A DNA stretch of 64,000 nt from Lepidodermella squamata (Eukaryota > Animalia > Gastrotricha): positions 3,906,001 through 3,970,000 of the forward strand of contig JBLDXI010000024.1 of the NCBI GenBank assembly GCA_047495785.1. The letters are read 5' to 3'. The notes under the pieces were generated by a model. That model worked only from the letters and a program-made list of their open reading frames with translations. It searched no databases and was not told where the DNA came from. Within the stretch, counting starts at the first letter, position 1. The number at the start of each line of letters is the position of its first letter. A program made the position numbers and the translations under genes. Below, in pieces: positions 1 to 12,902 of this stretch.

Positions 1-837
1 CGGTCTGTCGAAAAATGGAATCAATCTGATCGTGAATGATTTGACATGAGGTTCGCTTGTCTTGAGCAAGATAGCGGGCCATAGAACGTTCCCACCGATA
101 TATGAATAGGAGATATCGGTGACTGCGCCAATTGGAGATTCTGACTGGTTTTTCAAATCGACAATGCGCGAGACCAGAGTTCTGAGAAAAACAGCTCGCT
201 TCAGGAAGCAGCGATAATTTAAATAATCCTTGTCCTGCATCGACTCCTAAAAATAGCTCATAGGTTAATCAAAATAAAAACCTTATAGGTATCGGTATTA
301 CCTGAGGCATGTAAACAGCGACATCAACAACTTTATCAATTGCACACTCCATATTCCATGCTCCACATGTAACAACTCGTTTTGGAGGTATGAATCGATA
401 TGTGCCTTTCAAAGCAACACAATCGACTAGATCACGAGGAAATGGTATTTTCACGTCATCGTCGTTTTCAACATATGCCATTATTTCTAAAAGCTGTAAA
501 TAACAAGGTAACATATGACTTTAATTCAAAGAGTTGGGCTTACTTGGTTGGCGGTACCGCTCGCGGGCAGTGTCGACAAAAAGTGAGCAATTTTGTGTAC
601 ATAATTTTCGACAGCTTGCTTCGTAGCAGGAGCAATGGCAACTTCCTGTAGAAGCTCTTCTACCTAGAAAATTTGAAATCATACAAATACAAATACAAAA
701 GTTAGACGACGAAAGCGGCAAACCTGCAACGAATAGAGGTGAGTGTTAAGCTGCTTCTCAGCAAACTCCAAAGACTTCAATTCGCCATATGTAGGAGGCC
801 GATACAGCTCTTTCTTAGACAGCTTACCAGATGCCAT
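1..837 (-). CDS. NOL6: Nucleolar protein 6 (Utp22/Nrap), 5' part; runs off window
   Basis: Exons 837-724, 663-544, 493-302, 246-<1 with GT-AG ends. Translation MASGKLSKKELYRPPTYGELKSLEFAEKQLNTHLYSLQ|VEELLQEV ... VDVAVYMPQ|ESMQDKDYLNYRCFLKRAVFL matches the NOL6 N-terminal Nrap motifs. Confidence 0.9.
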
Positions 838-1661
838 TAAAAATCTAAGAAAATATTGAGATAGAGAATGTTAATATAATTTTTAACCAAGATATGATAA
901 TTAGGAATTATACCGGAACAAAATGATTTCATATTACGATATGAGAGAACTTATTATTATGGCAGCTAATTGGTAGCAACAATAATGAAATAAAAAATTG
1001 AATATCTTTATCAACGTAACAATTCGAAAATATAGATGGAAAACTTGATTCAGCGAAACGCCAGGGCTGGAGTGCGTTAGAAGCGTCAGAAGTAAAAGCA
1101 ACAAGTAACAACTTGAGCAGATCTGATGGAAAACTGTCAAATGCTAATTGGCAGTGAGCATACAGGCGACCAAGGTACGGCCCTCTAGCTGCGGTGTACT
1201 TATTTGCGATCAGGTTTCGATTACTCTCACTATGACATTAACTACTTCTACTTCTTCTGCTACCTGTTACTGCTCACTACTGCTCACTACCTGCTACTCA
1301 CGATATAACCAAGAGAAAACTCGGAGCTGGAACGGAGAGAAAGTTTTACGTCGTTCTTTCGAATAGCGCCAAAAAGAGCACGTGCTAAAAAGTCAAGGAT
1401 GGGTAATAAATAATTTTATTTATAATTTCGGCATTAAAGTATAGAATCAAATTGTCATTGACTGTTTTTATGCCTAATTACCGCTTTATTAGCAGTGTCT
1501 TTTATATTTTTGGAAATCTCGTTCGCGGCTCGCGTCACGTCACGATCGTGGCGCAGCATAAAGTCATAACTCATTTTTCTTACCGCAAAATTGCGTTTCT
1601 AGGTGGCTGACTAAGTCACGAGTGAATGGTGTCTTCACAATCTGCTAACAGAACAAGCAGA

Positions 1662-1814
1662 CAAGTTGAATCGATTGGAAAAATCGACGGGACTCGAACC
1701 GATTAAACGAAATTCAATTGAAACAGCTTTCAAAATTTTCAGGACAATTCGGTGCTTTCGCTTGATCGGTTCGAGGAATTGAACCCCGTCGATTTTTCCG
1801 ATCGATTTAACTTG
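1662..1814. repeat. Imperfect inverted repeat / MITE-like hairpin
   Basis: caagttgaatcgattggaaaaatcgacggg at 1662 is mirrored by cccgtcgatttttccgatcgatttaacttg ending at 1814; the inner arms also pair. Confidence 0.75.
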
Positions 1815-2160
1815 CTTGGGGACAAGCTGACCAAAGTTATCGAGCTGCGCGACAAGCAACTGCTCCTAGAATTAAGCGATTTCGACTTGGCTGAACGATG
1901 TCTCAAAGATGGCTTTGCAATGAAGCCGTTTATGCTCCGATTTCGTAATAAAGCCTCCGGACGTGATTCAGTGTTACCGCTGGCAGAAATTCGGCCGTCT
2001 GGCGCGAGATTGCCTGAACGAAGAACGCTGTCTAAGATGTGGTCGTCAACACAACGCGAAACTCTGCCTGCGCGTTGCCCATCGCTGCAATCGTGGCGTT
2101 GGGCATATCGCAAGCTGGAGGAGGATTGTCCTTCGCGCCGTCCCTCGGCTGGCTGAAACG
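1815..2160 (+). mobile_element. Degenerate non-LTR retrotransposon ORF1 (gag-like, triple zinc knuckle)
   Basis: Frameshifted IQCYRWQKFGRLARDC...RCLRCGRQHNAKLC...GHIASW/DCPSR resembles the three CCHC knuckles of Jockey/I/CR1-type ORF1, with several ligands mutated. Confidence 0.7.
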
Positions 2161-2495
2161 AAAGGAGATGGGAAATTGCGATGCTAAGTGGCCATAGTGC
2201 CATGTAGGTCCGTTGATGTATGTTAGCCGAGATAGCCATTAAAGCAAATACCCAATTACAACAAAAGCGACAAAACAGCGGAAAATTACCATGTAAATGA
2301 TGCCTGTTGTTTTTGCCGTTATGTCGCAAATACAGGAAAATTCGCTGTTTTGTCGCTTACACTGTTCTGCGCTATTTCTGTTTTAGCATCACACCAAAAT
2401 GGCGCAAAATGGACCAAAATGGATCACCTCAAAAATGCAAAAAAATTAGAAAATGATTCGTCTATTTTTATTTCCACAAGCATCTATGAATATAA

Positions 2496-4256
2496 TTAAG
2501 GTGGATAAGTTTGTGAAAAATCGATAATTCGATTGGCCTCGCGTTCTCCCGACAACCAGGCGCCGTGAAGAGCTGAATAGAAATGAGGATGCGTAGCCTC
2601 CCCAGCAAACATTAGCCGCGGATTTTCCCGACTAGGCACCGGCTCGGCCAAATCAGTCAACATAGACGGCTGAGATTCGACGGGTGTCATAGTATAGCTG
2701 CCCCGGGCAAACGGGTCCAATCGCCACGGGTGACGGATAAATTTAATTGGCTTTTCAAAATTTGAAAAATGAGGCTGCAAAAATATTTCGATAATTCCCG
2801 TTAAAATATTTATAATTTCTTCATCGGGTAATTTCGCGATTATTTCAGCCCAGTGACCCGAGGCCCAAGCTGTCAGGTAACTACCACTTCGAACTGGCTC
2901 TTCAACTCCGAAGGCTAAGATATGCCGGTACCACGTGAAATCTTCAGATTGTTCGTAAAATTTCGGATTGAAATATTTCCGCATCAAGTTATCACATTTC
3001 TGCTGTTCTGAAAGATCCGATGGCCAAATCAGCGATAGCAGGCTCAAATTTTCGGGCCACCATTTCTTATCGAATTGAAGCCAGTATCGATCGAGAAGTC
3101 CGAAGCCGAGAGAGTTGATGGCTGACATTTTTGTTTCGGGTAGGCTAGGGTCGAATTTTATTGTCCCAGCTTTTAGACACCCTAGTGGGATTGTGCAAAT
3201 TACCCGATCAGCCAGCCATGTTGTTGAATATCTAAAAAAATAAAATATCATATCGAGAGGTAAATTTCTCGCATTTCGCGAATATTATTATTAGGTCGTT
3301 TTTACTACTTCGAAGTCAAACGAAAAATGATGATGTGGGGAATTTCATGCAAAAAATACAGTATATTTTTGATGTAAAATTCAGAAAAACCTTGAGTGCC
3401 CAAATCGGTTACACAATTACTCTGTGTTATGGTAATTAATGAAACAAAATTAATTAAATTTTACAAAATTTTCGAAAAATCACTACTGATAACATTAAAT
3501 TTAAGATGGATTAGAACAAAATTACCCGGCTGAATTTCTGCTATTCACCTTGCAGCCAGTATCAGACCACGAAATTTCCTCAACAATTGTATTCAATTCG
3601 ACTATTTTCCTTAGATTTTCATCGACTATTTCGGCGATAAGCGATGAATATCCGTCTTTTAGCAAATTGAAATACGGCCCCTCGCAGTCTCGCCAGGCCG
3701 CAACGCCAGCCGCCGATAATTTACCAGGTTCAGACGTCGCCAAATCAAGCCCTTCGCCGATCATAGCCAACTGGAACAAGTCGTTTTTGAGTTTCAAAGG
3801 GATATCAGCCAGATCAGGGTCCGACATAACAAGCTTCTTAACATGATCGAAAATCGGCTGAACAGCCATGCCGGGTTTCGTAAATTCAGGATCTCGCCGG
3901 AATTTGTCCCATATTGCATCGAATTTATCCTCAAATCGACCAGCCATTTCACTATCGATTTGCTCGCCATTTGAAGCTGTTAAGTAAAAGCTTTCATCGG
4001 TTATATTTGGGCTGATAAGCAGATCGCGAGATTTCGCGAATTCGTAAACAGGATTTCCGGTTGTTCCGTGGACGTAATGAGCGCCCATGTCCAGAAAATC
4101 GTCGCCATTTTTAACGACATTAACGCGACCGCCGACTCGATTTCGAGCTTCTAAAATCACGATTTTCAAATTTTTCCCGCTACTTAACAGCGTTCGAGCG
4201 GCTACGAGGCCCGAAAAACCGGCGCCGATAATTAAAACGTCAACTTTATTTTCCAT
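2496..4256 (-). CDS. Flavin amine oxidase, spermine/polyamine oxidase family, copy 1
   Basis: Exons 4256-3526 and 3231-2496. Motifs IIGAGFSGL, LEARNRVGGR, DMGAHYVHG, W-DPFARGSYT and FAGEATHPHFYSALHGAWLSGEREA. Confidence 0.9.
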
Positions 4257-4356
4257 TTTTGTAAAAATTCTGAAAAATTAGCAATTCATTAAAATAATCG
4301 AAAATAAATCATGAAAAATCACAATAAAATTAATCACAGAAGTCCCGGTTTTTAAG

Positions 4357-5938
4357 TTAATTTTTCGATAATTTTGAAATAACTCGATTCGCTTCCTTTT
4401 CTCCAGTTTCCCAAGCAGCATGGGTACAGCCGAAATATTTTTCGTGAAATCCTTCGCCAGAAAACATCAAAATCGGATCCTGAATTTAACTATAGATTCA
4501 AAATGTCCTTAATACTTAATTTTTTCAAACCTTTTCTGACGGAAGTGGCGCTGAAATTGCCTGAAAATCTTTCGCTGATCTGCCAACCTTCAAATGGGTA
4601 TAACAACCACCCGTAAATTCTTCCGAATTCCATTTTGATCTTTAAAAAATTATTTGAAAAAATTGGCCGAAAATGTAACGTTAAATACCTAACAAATCCA
4701 TTTGGTTCAATTAAATCCGAGAAATTGGTTGAAAATGCATCTTTCATCGTTTGCAAGATTACTCGTTTGACCTCTTCATCCGGCAATTTTTCAGTCACTT
4801 CAGCCCAGTAACCAGGCAATCGCGCGAACATCACCGGCGCATCATCGCCGTAGGACTGGTCGATTTTGAAGCCCATGACGTGGCGAAACCACTGCATATC
4901 GGATTTATTCGAGTACAGCGATTCATCTTGGCAGGGCAGTGTATCTGTTTTAGCCATATCCTCATCACTGCGAACGATGTACAACGCCAGAGTCCCAGAA
5001 GGCCACCATTTCTTCGGGAAAGTCACGTAAATTCGATTGTTATTTCCAAAACCCATTGAATCAATGACTTCCAGTCGTTCTTTTGGTAAAGCCGGTGTGA
5101 AAAGCGAGTGGGCTGTTTTCTTCAAAACTCCGATAGGGACAGTAGAAATTACAGATTTAGCCGAAATTTCCGATTCGTTCTGAAATCTAATCTTTGCGAT
5201 CGATTGGCTCCAATCGATATTCAAAACACGCGAATTCATTTTGATTTTATCCGTTGGAATCTCTTTGGCTAGTTCACCAATTATTGTGCTATAGCCACCC
5301 TTTATGTAAACGTAGTAAGCACCAGGGCAGTCTTCCCACTCGCGGAGGCCCTTCACAGAAACTTCCTCAGGCGTTGAAGTTCCAATGTCACATAATTGCA
5401 GTCTAACTCGAAGGTTAAAAATTGCTGTTTTCTCCTGTTGAGTCAAAGAACCGGCCGAAAAATCAAGTTTTTCTCTTGCCTCTTCCATCAAATCTGCAAC
5501 GTTCTTTTCAGGGTCTGTAAACCCCTTGTAATTTAGTAACTCGTTAATTGCCGCATTGCATTGACTCATGAAATTTTGAGCATCAGAAACTAGTAATTTA
5601 CGACCGTCTGGGATAAAATAATAGTCTCTATCACTGAAATGAGTTGCTTCGCATGCGATCAAGTTGTGCTCTTTAGCGAATTCGAACGTCCGATTTCCGA
5701 CCTGGCCATGAATGAAATGCCCTCCGATATCAACTGCATATGGACCTGTGAGAATAACTGTATTTGCAGATTGAAAAGTTGAGATCAAATCAGTACCTAA
5801 TTTTGGGAAATTTAGACGGCCGCCAAGCCGGTTCCTAGCTTCCAAAACCAGAATATTTTCTACGCCACTTTTAATCAAAGTTCTCGCCGCCACAAGGCCA
5901 GAAATGCCACCTCCGATAATAACGCAATCATATAACAT
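4357..5938 (-). CDS. Flavin amine oxidase, spermine/polyamine oxidase family, copy 2
   Basis: Exons 5938-5797, 5745-4689, 4639-4531, 4479-4357. Motifs IIGGGISGL, LEARNRLGGR, GGHFIHG and C-terminal FSGEGFHEKYFGCTHAAWETGEKEANR. Confidence 0.88.
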
Positions 5939-6089
5939 TTCGAAACACTAACAAGAAAAATAAAGACTTTCGTAGAATACTCGTGTTTCACTTTTATTTT
6001 TCAGAGCTGTTCGACCGAAACAAAATGTTTATCATATTACCGCGTAGAACACAACATCATAGAATGTATAAGGTTATCACTAGCAAGTT

Positions 6090-6682
6090 TTACAGCTTAG
6101 ACTTTTGGTGGTTAGCCCAGAACAAAGTTGCGCCAACAATGACCAGAGCAACCAGGTCGCTGCGAACAAAGGGGCCCTTCCATACTCCCTGTAAATATGT
6201 AAATAGTACAACTGCAAATTCTATTCGACATCGGTAACAATACCTTGTTGTTGAATTCAATCTTGCCAAGAGCCTTGATGCTATCAACCGATTCGCCAGT
6301 ACGGACTGCCTTACGGAAAGCCGAGTAGCCAGATTCGTCGTAGACACGGATGGTGTGATGGCCAGTGGAGAACTTGGTGTGTTCCTCGGTGAACGAAGCT
6401 TGGAAGTCTCCGTTGGCATCCTTGGCAGCTGGAATGATTTTGTCATTCCATTCGACATAAATGGCATCCTAAAATGATAACTTCAAATCTTTTCTCCACT
6501 TTCATCAACTAAAATACCGTGTATGGCTTCGAATTGCAACGAACATTGAAAGTAGTGGAAACAACGGCCTCGGCAGAGAGCGCAGCTTCTTGAGTAGAGT
6601 AAACTGAGGATTTCAGCTGGCATTCGTTGGCAATTGCGCCTGCCAGCATCATGCAGGTCAAGAACAAAGTCTTTCCAATCAT
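6090..6682 (-). CDS. SSR4: Translocon-associated protein delta (TRAP-delta)
   Basis: Exons 6682-6518, 6468-6244, 6188-6090. Signal peptide MIGKTLFLTCMMLAGAIA, then YSTQEAALSAEAVV, YDESGYSAFRKAVR and GVWKGPFV followed by a TM segment and KSKL. Confidence 0.88.
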
Positions 6683-7442
6683 GGTAAAGAGGTATAGCTG
6701 ATAATAAATAACTATAAGCGGCGAAAAAATATTACATACGAAATGCTTGAATACAGGCTGAGACAAATCATTGCTGAAACTCATTATTTGGAAATGTATG
6801 TGCTGATTACCATTAATGCAAAACTGACCCTGGGGTGGCTATAGCGCTATGATATGCGAACTTGCCAAAGAAACAGCTTAAACCGTCTGGTATAACCACT
6901 GTAAGTTCAAGCTGACAGTCAAGTAATTTGGACATGCAGAAGAATTTCGTATTTGGCAGCGAAAATTTGAAATCATATTGCTGGCGTAGTGTACTGGCTT
7001 TTATCGAGACACTTCATGATTGATTCTCGGAATTCGAGCAACATTCTAGCGACTGGATCGCGATTGAAGAGAAGCATTGAACAGGGATTCTTACCGGCGT
7101 GAAGCTGCATGATGACTGACAAAACTTCAAAGAATCGCGCAGATGAAGCCGATGACAGGCAATTTTTGAAATGCAAATTTTACCGCCATAGTTTTTGACA
7201 TTTATATAAGAGTAATATCTTAGCTATTTTAACCTTATTATTTTTTGCTATTTTACTCACGCGCTAAATAGTCAGCAAGTTTACATAAATCGAGGTAGAG
7301 AAAAGCCCCATTTAGGGGTTGGTTTTGTTTTTGTTTTCTGGCAAGATTTGATCAAGATTTGGCCATCGCTAACTCAATCTCAGGTTGCAATCTTGCAGGT
7401 GACAAGTCATTCTGGCTATATTGTGGCGTATCCAACATTCCG

Positions 7443-8321
7443 ATGTCTTCACCTTTGTTAATCCCGCCGCGTCTTGTGGTCAGAATGTCAAAATGGAAGC
7501 CATCAATGGATAGTTGGTTGAAATCTACATCATGTTTAGATTCTTCATCACGGAAGAAGGTATCCGATTTTCACTACCAGAGGGATGCAAAGTCATGCCT
7601 GATAGGACGTGTCTTGACTCGATATTATCTATCCAGCCAACTTCGCGCGAACGTGTCCACTCTGAATATTGACTATTCCGATAGAGGGAGACCATTCTTA
7701 CCTCAGGGTAATATCGACTTCAATGTATCGCACAATGGAGATCTTGTTGTTTTTGCATCAACTGGGTTACCTCAGAAAATAGGGGTTGATGTGATGGAGA
7801 TTAAGCCGCCGAGAAACAGAGGCATCCCAGAATTTATTGCTACTTTCCAAAGCCAGTTTTCCACCACGGAATTCGAATTCATACAATCGCCGAACTCGGA
7901 ACGCGGCAGGTTGAAAAATTTCTTCCGAATATGGTGTTTGAAAGAAAGTGTTGTAAAAGCTTTGGGATCTGGACTAGGCTTCAGCCTATCGCGGTTAAGC
8001 TTTACCCCGGGAACGAGCGATCTGAATTCGGATATTGTAACGTCAACCACTGTTTCGATTGATGGCGTAAAAGATCAGCGATTCATCTTCGAAGAAACAA
8101 TGTTTGATGACGATTATTGTATCGTAACCGCTATCCTTGATGAAAACGGGCATGACGCAAAGCTCCCAATTCCAACACCGTTTGTTGAGCTTAATTTTTC
8201 CGATGTCATCGATTCTTTGGCATTTCCAAATAATCAAAGTTTTGATAACTACTCATCTTCATGGTCAGAGTATTCTGCGAAATCTTTCTCACCCTTTGAA
8301 AATGACGATCCGGCAGTATAA
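7443..8321 (+). CDS. AASDHPPT: Sfp-type 4'-phosphopantetheinyl transferase
   Basis: Single exon. Motifs DAKSCLIGR, RGRPFL, FNVSHNGD, IGVDVM and WCLKESVVKALGSGL. Start at ATG 7443 is inferred. Confidence 0.92.
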   Translation: MSSPLLIPPRLVVRMSKWKPSMDSWLKSTSCLDSSSRKKVSDFHYQRDAKSCLIGRVLTRYYLSSQLRANVSTLNIDYSDRGRPFLPQGNIDFNVSHNGDLVVFASTGLPQKIGVDVMEIKPPRNRGIPEFIATFQSQFSTTEFEFIQSPNSERGRLKNFFRIWCLKESVVKALGSGLGFSLSRLSFTPGTSDLNSDIVTSTTVSIDGVKDQRFIFEETMFDDDYCIVTAILDENGHDAKLPIPTPFVELNFSDVIDSLAFPNNQSFDNYSSSWSEYSAKSFSPFENDDPAV

Positions 8322-8410
8322 GGAACATTCCTAAAAGCCTCTATTCGTATTTTTTTTACGTGTAGAGTGTTAACTCAATTGAACTGCTTTGACATCTTTC
8401 GATCTCGAAA

Positions 8411-10898
8411 ATGAATGAAGATTACGATGTTATCGTTCTTGGGACTGGCCTGAAGGTAATTTGTTTAGTGTTCTTCTGATCTGAGTTTTCACTGAGATTT
8501 TTTTAGGAATGCATTCTGTCTGGCATGATGAGTGTCAGCGGAAAGCGGGTCCTTCACATGGACCGCAATTCTTACTACGGAGCTGAGAGCACATCGCTCA
8601 CCCCTCTCGCCGAGCTCTACAAGCATTTCAATATGGGAGACACTGCCCCTGAACACTTCGGCCGTGGTCGCGATTGGAACGTCGACCTTGTCCCCAAGCT
8701 CATCATGGCAAACGGTGAACTGGTCAAGCTTCTGATCTACACCGGCGTAACTCGTTACCTCGAATTCAAGTCGATCGAAGGCAGCTACGTCTTTCGCGAT
8801 GGCAAAATCCACAAGGTCCCTGCCACTGAAACCGAGGCGTTGGCCTCTGGTCTTCTCGGCCTGTTCGAGAAGCGTCGCTTCAAGAACTTCCTCGAATACG
8901 TTAGTGAATTCGACGAGAAGAACGAAGCAACATGGAAGGGCATGCACCCGCATAAATCCACTGCCAGGCAGTTGTTCGAAAAGCACGGCCTTGACAAGAA
9001 CACCATCGACTTCACTGGTCATGCGTTCGCCTTGTTCCTAAATGACGACTATTTGAACGAACCGTGCTGGGATATGATCCAACGGTTAAAGCTGTACCGC
9101 GATTCGCTGTCCCGTTACGGCAAATCGCCGTTCCTGTACCCGCTGTACGGTCTCGGCGAGTTGCCGCAAGGCTTCGCCCGCCTCAGCGCCGTCTACGGTG
9201 GCACTTACATGCTGAACAAGCCGATTCAACAGGTCCTGTACGACGACGTTGGCCACGTTCGCGGCGTGTTGAGCGAGGGCGAGGAGGCGCGTTGCAAAAT
9301 GCTGTTCGCCGACCCGTCGTACGTGCCTGAGCGGTGCAAGGTTGTTGGCAAGGTTGTGCGCGCCATTTGCATCCTTCGCAAGCCGATTCCGAACACGAAG
9401 GAGAGCTTGTCCACGCAAATTATCATTCCACAGAACCAAGTCGGACGAAAAAGCGGTTTGTCCTTTCATCCTTCATTATTTTCAATTTTTCAAATTCTGA
9501 TTTTTTTTGCCCTGAATTGAGTTGACTGATATATGTTTATTTAATTCGTGGTCGTGAGTCACTTGCTTGTTTGATAAGGTCATTTTTTGAGGTTGATATC
9601 TAGGCTGGGTTGGGCTTTATCAGATGGGATGAACCTGACGTGGCTGTTTGCCTTGTTTGTGAATCATCACTGTATTTGCATTTTTATGATTAATTATTTT
9701 GAAAAATATCAGAAAATTTGAAGGTATTGCAATGCGTTGATAGATAAGAAAATAGACCATAAAAATTACTTTAAATCCAGTGAAAATTGACCCGCTTGAT
9801 GACGACTGCGTTTTGAAAGTGAGGACCAGACCTAATACAGGAAGTCGCGGAGTATTTCAACTCAATTCATAATAATTTTTTAATCGTGAAATTCCAGAAT
9901 GGCGGTTTTGGCCTAATTAATTATTTAAAATTTGATTCTTTTTCCGGTCAAATTTGGTTCCCCAGAAAGAAGACCCTTTTTAATCTGATCAAGTAATATT
10001 TGAATTTTTTAATTATATCAGTTGCGTTGCGGGGTTGAAATTGCTGCTCACCTTTCTTTTCGGACAAAATGACGCCAAATTTGACAATTTGACTTGATTA
10101 GTTCTATGTCACGTGTTCTTGAGTCGGGGATCATCTCTAAATTTACAGAATAGCCACGTTGTAGGTTCAAATTCTGAGTTCTTAGATTTCAGAAAATATG
10201 AGGAATTTTACTAGCTAATTTGAAACCTAGAATTAGGCTATTTAATTGCCTAGAATATAAATTTTTCAGAGAAATCACGTTTTAATTTTATGATAATCGA
10301 TTTGGGTAATTAGCGGATTCAAATTGGCCTTATTTTTCATTATTCAACTGCTGAAATTCGGTCTTTTCTGAGTTCTCTCAACTCGAATCGAAAAATTCCT
10401 AACTCAACAAATCAATGCGAAAATATGCGCAAATTTTTCATTTTTTGCCGATTTTTTATTTCTATTTTTTATTTTGAAAATATTTTCCGTTCGACTACTC
10501 GCCATTGTTAAATTTTATTTGATCTCTGTTTATGTGAATTCCTGATTTGCTTAGATATCTACGTTTGCTGCATCTCGTACACGAACAAGGTGTGCGCGGA
10601 CGGGTTCTTCCTGGCGATCGCCTCGACCACCGTCGAAACCAACAATCCGGAACTCGAGCTGAAGCCGGCGCTCGACCTGCTCGGCCCCATCGATCAGAAG
10701 TTCGTCTGCGTCAAGGACTTGTACGTGCCGGCGGACGACGGCAAGAAGAGCGGCGTGTTCGTCTCCGAGTCGTACGACGCCACCAGCCACTTCGAGACCA
10801 CGTGCGAGGACGTGCTGCGGATCTACGAGCGCGCCATGGGCGAGCCGTTCGACTTCTCCAAGGTCAAGCACTCGCTCGACGACCAAGCCGCTGAATGA
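8411..10898 (+). CDS. GDI1: Rab GDP dissociation inhibitor
   Basis: Exons 8411-8455, 8507-9455, 10555-10898. [15 protein letters not shown]|[54 protein letters not shown] and [12 protein letters not shown]. Confidence 0.97.
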
Positions 10899-11949
10899 TA
10901 AAAATACGACACAACAAATTAAAACTGAGAAAAAAATAATTATAATAGCCAGCGATATTATAATAATCAATTTGTGGTATTCAGCTAATTAACTGAAATA
11001 TGAAAAATCCACCTTAAAAAAATTCACGCGTTGTTAGGAGAAAAAGACACTTTAAATAGGGGCAATATATTACTAAATAATTGTGTTTCCTTTTTTTCGA
11101 CTCGAGTAAATTTGTATAATTGAAATGCGCTTGCTGCATGCTATAAATAATCATCGTCAGTAATCGCGGAAAATTGTGCTATATATTATATTATTTATGT
11201 GCATTCTATCGTGATGTGCCCGATGTCCGGCTATAAAAAACTATATATTATATTCTCTCTTTCTCTCAGTCTTCGTGCTTTTCTTGCTGGTTTCGTTAAT
11301 TTCGGTGTCATTTTTGGGTGAAAAAGACGGCTTATTCCTGAATACTACCAAGGTTGTACGTTAACACCAAGTCATTTATTGCTACAACAATTGATTCGTT
11401 TTGCGGCGTTAACATTCATTCATTCATTGTATATGTTTCTATTGATAGTATTATCATGTGGGACGGAAAAAGAGCCACGGCCTTATATATTCTGTATTAC
11501 GACGACGATGAAATTGGCGGCTGGATAATGTGTAATATTAATTTTATTTGTCTTTTGGCCGATTTTGAAATTGAAATTCGGAAAATCGATCGATCAATCT
11601 GTCTTCTGTTTCTTTTTGCCGACCGACTACTACTACGTCATTTCATTGTCTCTAATTGTAACAAGTCGCGCAAGAGTGTAAAACATTAGTAATAAATTTG
11701 CTTTGCTGTCGAAATATTGCGGGGCTGTGCGGCGTGCGTGACATTTCCATTCATTCACAAGAAGCTTTCCTCTGCATAAAATTACTAGACGCAGCGACAC
11801 ACTAGACAGTAATGAGGCGTGTAAGTGACGCTACTTGCCTTGAAAATCAATATTTGGGCGCGTCTCGGAATTTTGGGAGCTGCTGAACTTCGGGCCTCGA
11901 CATAGTGCTCATGCCGGGCATTCGTTAATATTGAGAAACCTGGAAAATT

Positions 11950-12400
11950 GATGATGCAGGTGTTGTGCCGGAAAAGCAGCTGACAAATGAGCATCACGTA
12001 AACACGTAAAAGCCAATGCCAAAATGGGGTGAATTTTGCTTATCAAGTATGGTAAAGATCCTGCTGAGTCGGTTACCGTTGAGCCCAAGGAAAGGTTGGA
12101 TGCGTAGGTGAAGATATGGGAATTTGTAAACAATTTGTATGTTTCATTACATTTCGGGGACTGCTCAACCGAAGCCGCTTAATCAAAGTGGGAATTAAAT
12201 GCCATTTTCAGATCGCCCTTTAATACCACACTCATGGGGTCTTCACAGGACCATCTCTGATTCTTGATGTGCCAAGATCACCCCACGACCCAAACTCACC
12301 CCATTTGACTGTAACTTCGTGGATTGTGCAAAGCCCAGAAGCGTGGCCCATTCTCCTCTTCTGAAAGGTTTGGCAGCTACAATGTGCCGTGTGCCACAGG
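11950..12400 (-). mobile_element. Degenerate non-LTR reverse transcriptase fragment (CRE/R2-group-like)
   Basis: The minus strand gives, in RT order, KPFRRGEWATLLG (cf. RPIAxGE), SVVLKGDLKMAFNS (cf. LKxDxxNAFNS), LISKIHPIL and LRDAHL (cf. YLDD), with many stops and shifts. Confidence 0.55.
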
Positions 12401-12902
12401 AGTAACGGTATCATGATGAAACGGGATCAAAAAGCCTGAGACTTGAGTCTGGGCAGCGATAATTACATGGGGCGACTTGATCACTGAAAATCGACATTGA
12501 CAAAAAGATATCCTTGAATCATTGAATAGCCCAGGAAAATACAGGAAGGTCCTTTGTAAAATGCGAATCAATACTACATTGAAACAGGTTAGGCAAGGGC
12601 TAACGGGGTCTTTACCTCGCCAGCTTTCGCTATATGCTAATCTTTATGTTTAATGTATGTCATATTTTATAGTAAAGGGGAATGTGCGCGATCATTGAAG
12701 CACGCTACGTGCTCGGCTTCAATCTGCTCGAAGCGTCGAATTGTGATCATACAAGGAAATACAATCAACAAGTAATAGCAATTTGTTTGCTACCAGGACG
12801 AGAACTTTTTACTCCTGTAGAGAGATTTCCTTATATTAATTCGTTATATACCTGTAAATTCCTTTTTAGAAGTTCCGCATCAGACTTTTTGACTACAGCA
12901 TC

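Noticed and set aside
7105-7176. Possible C/D snoRNA (ATGATGA with a short terminal stem)
   Set aside because: No canonical terminal CTGA box and no recognisable rRNA guide.
9570-9675. Minus-strand [10 protein letters not shown] in GDI intron 2 resembling the LINE RT lead-in
   Set aside because: Only about 10 residues match and YRPISL is not recoverable; too weak to call, although the orientation fits the antisense pattern.
8489-10970. Long antisense and alternate-frame ORFs over GDI (also over DNAJB11, POLRMT and USP19)
   Set aside because: Shadow ORFs caused by GC-rich third codon positions in real exons.
12280-12500. Plus-strand PNSPHLT as a Tc1/mariner SPDL motif
   Set aside because: The minus strand gives several ordered RT motifs, which is a better explanation.
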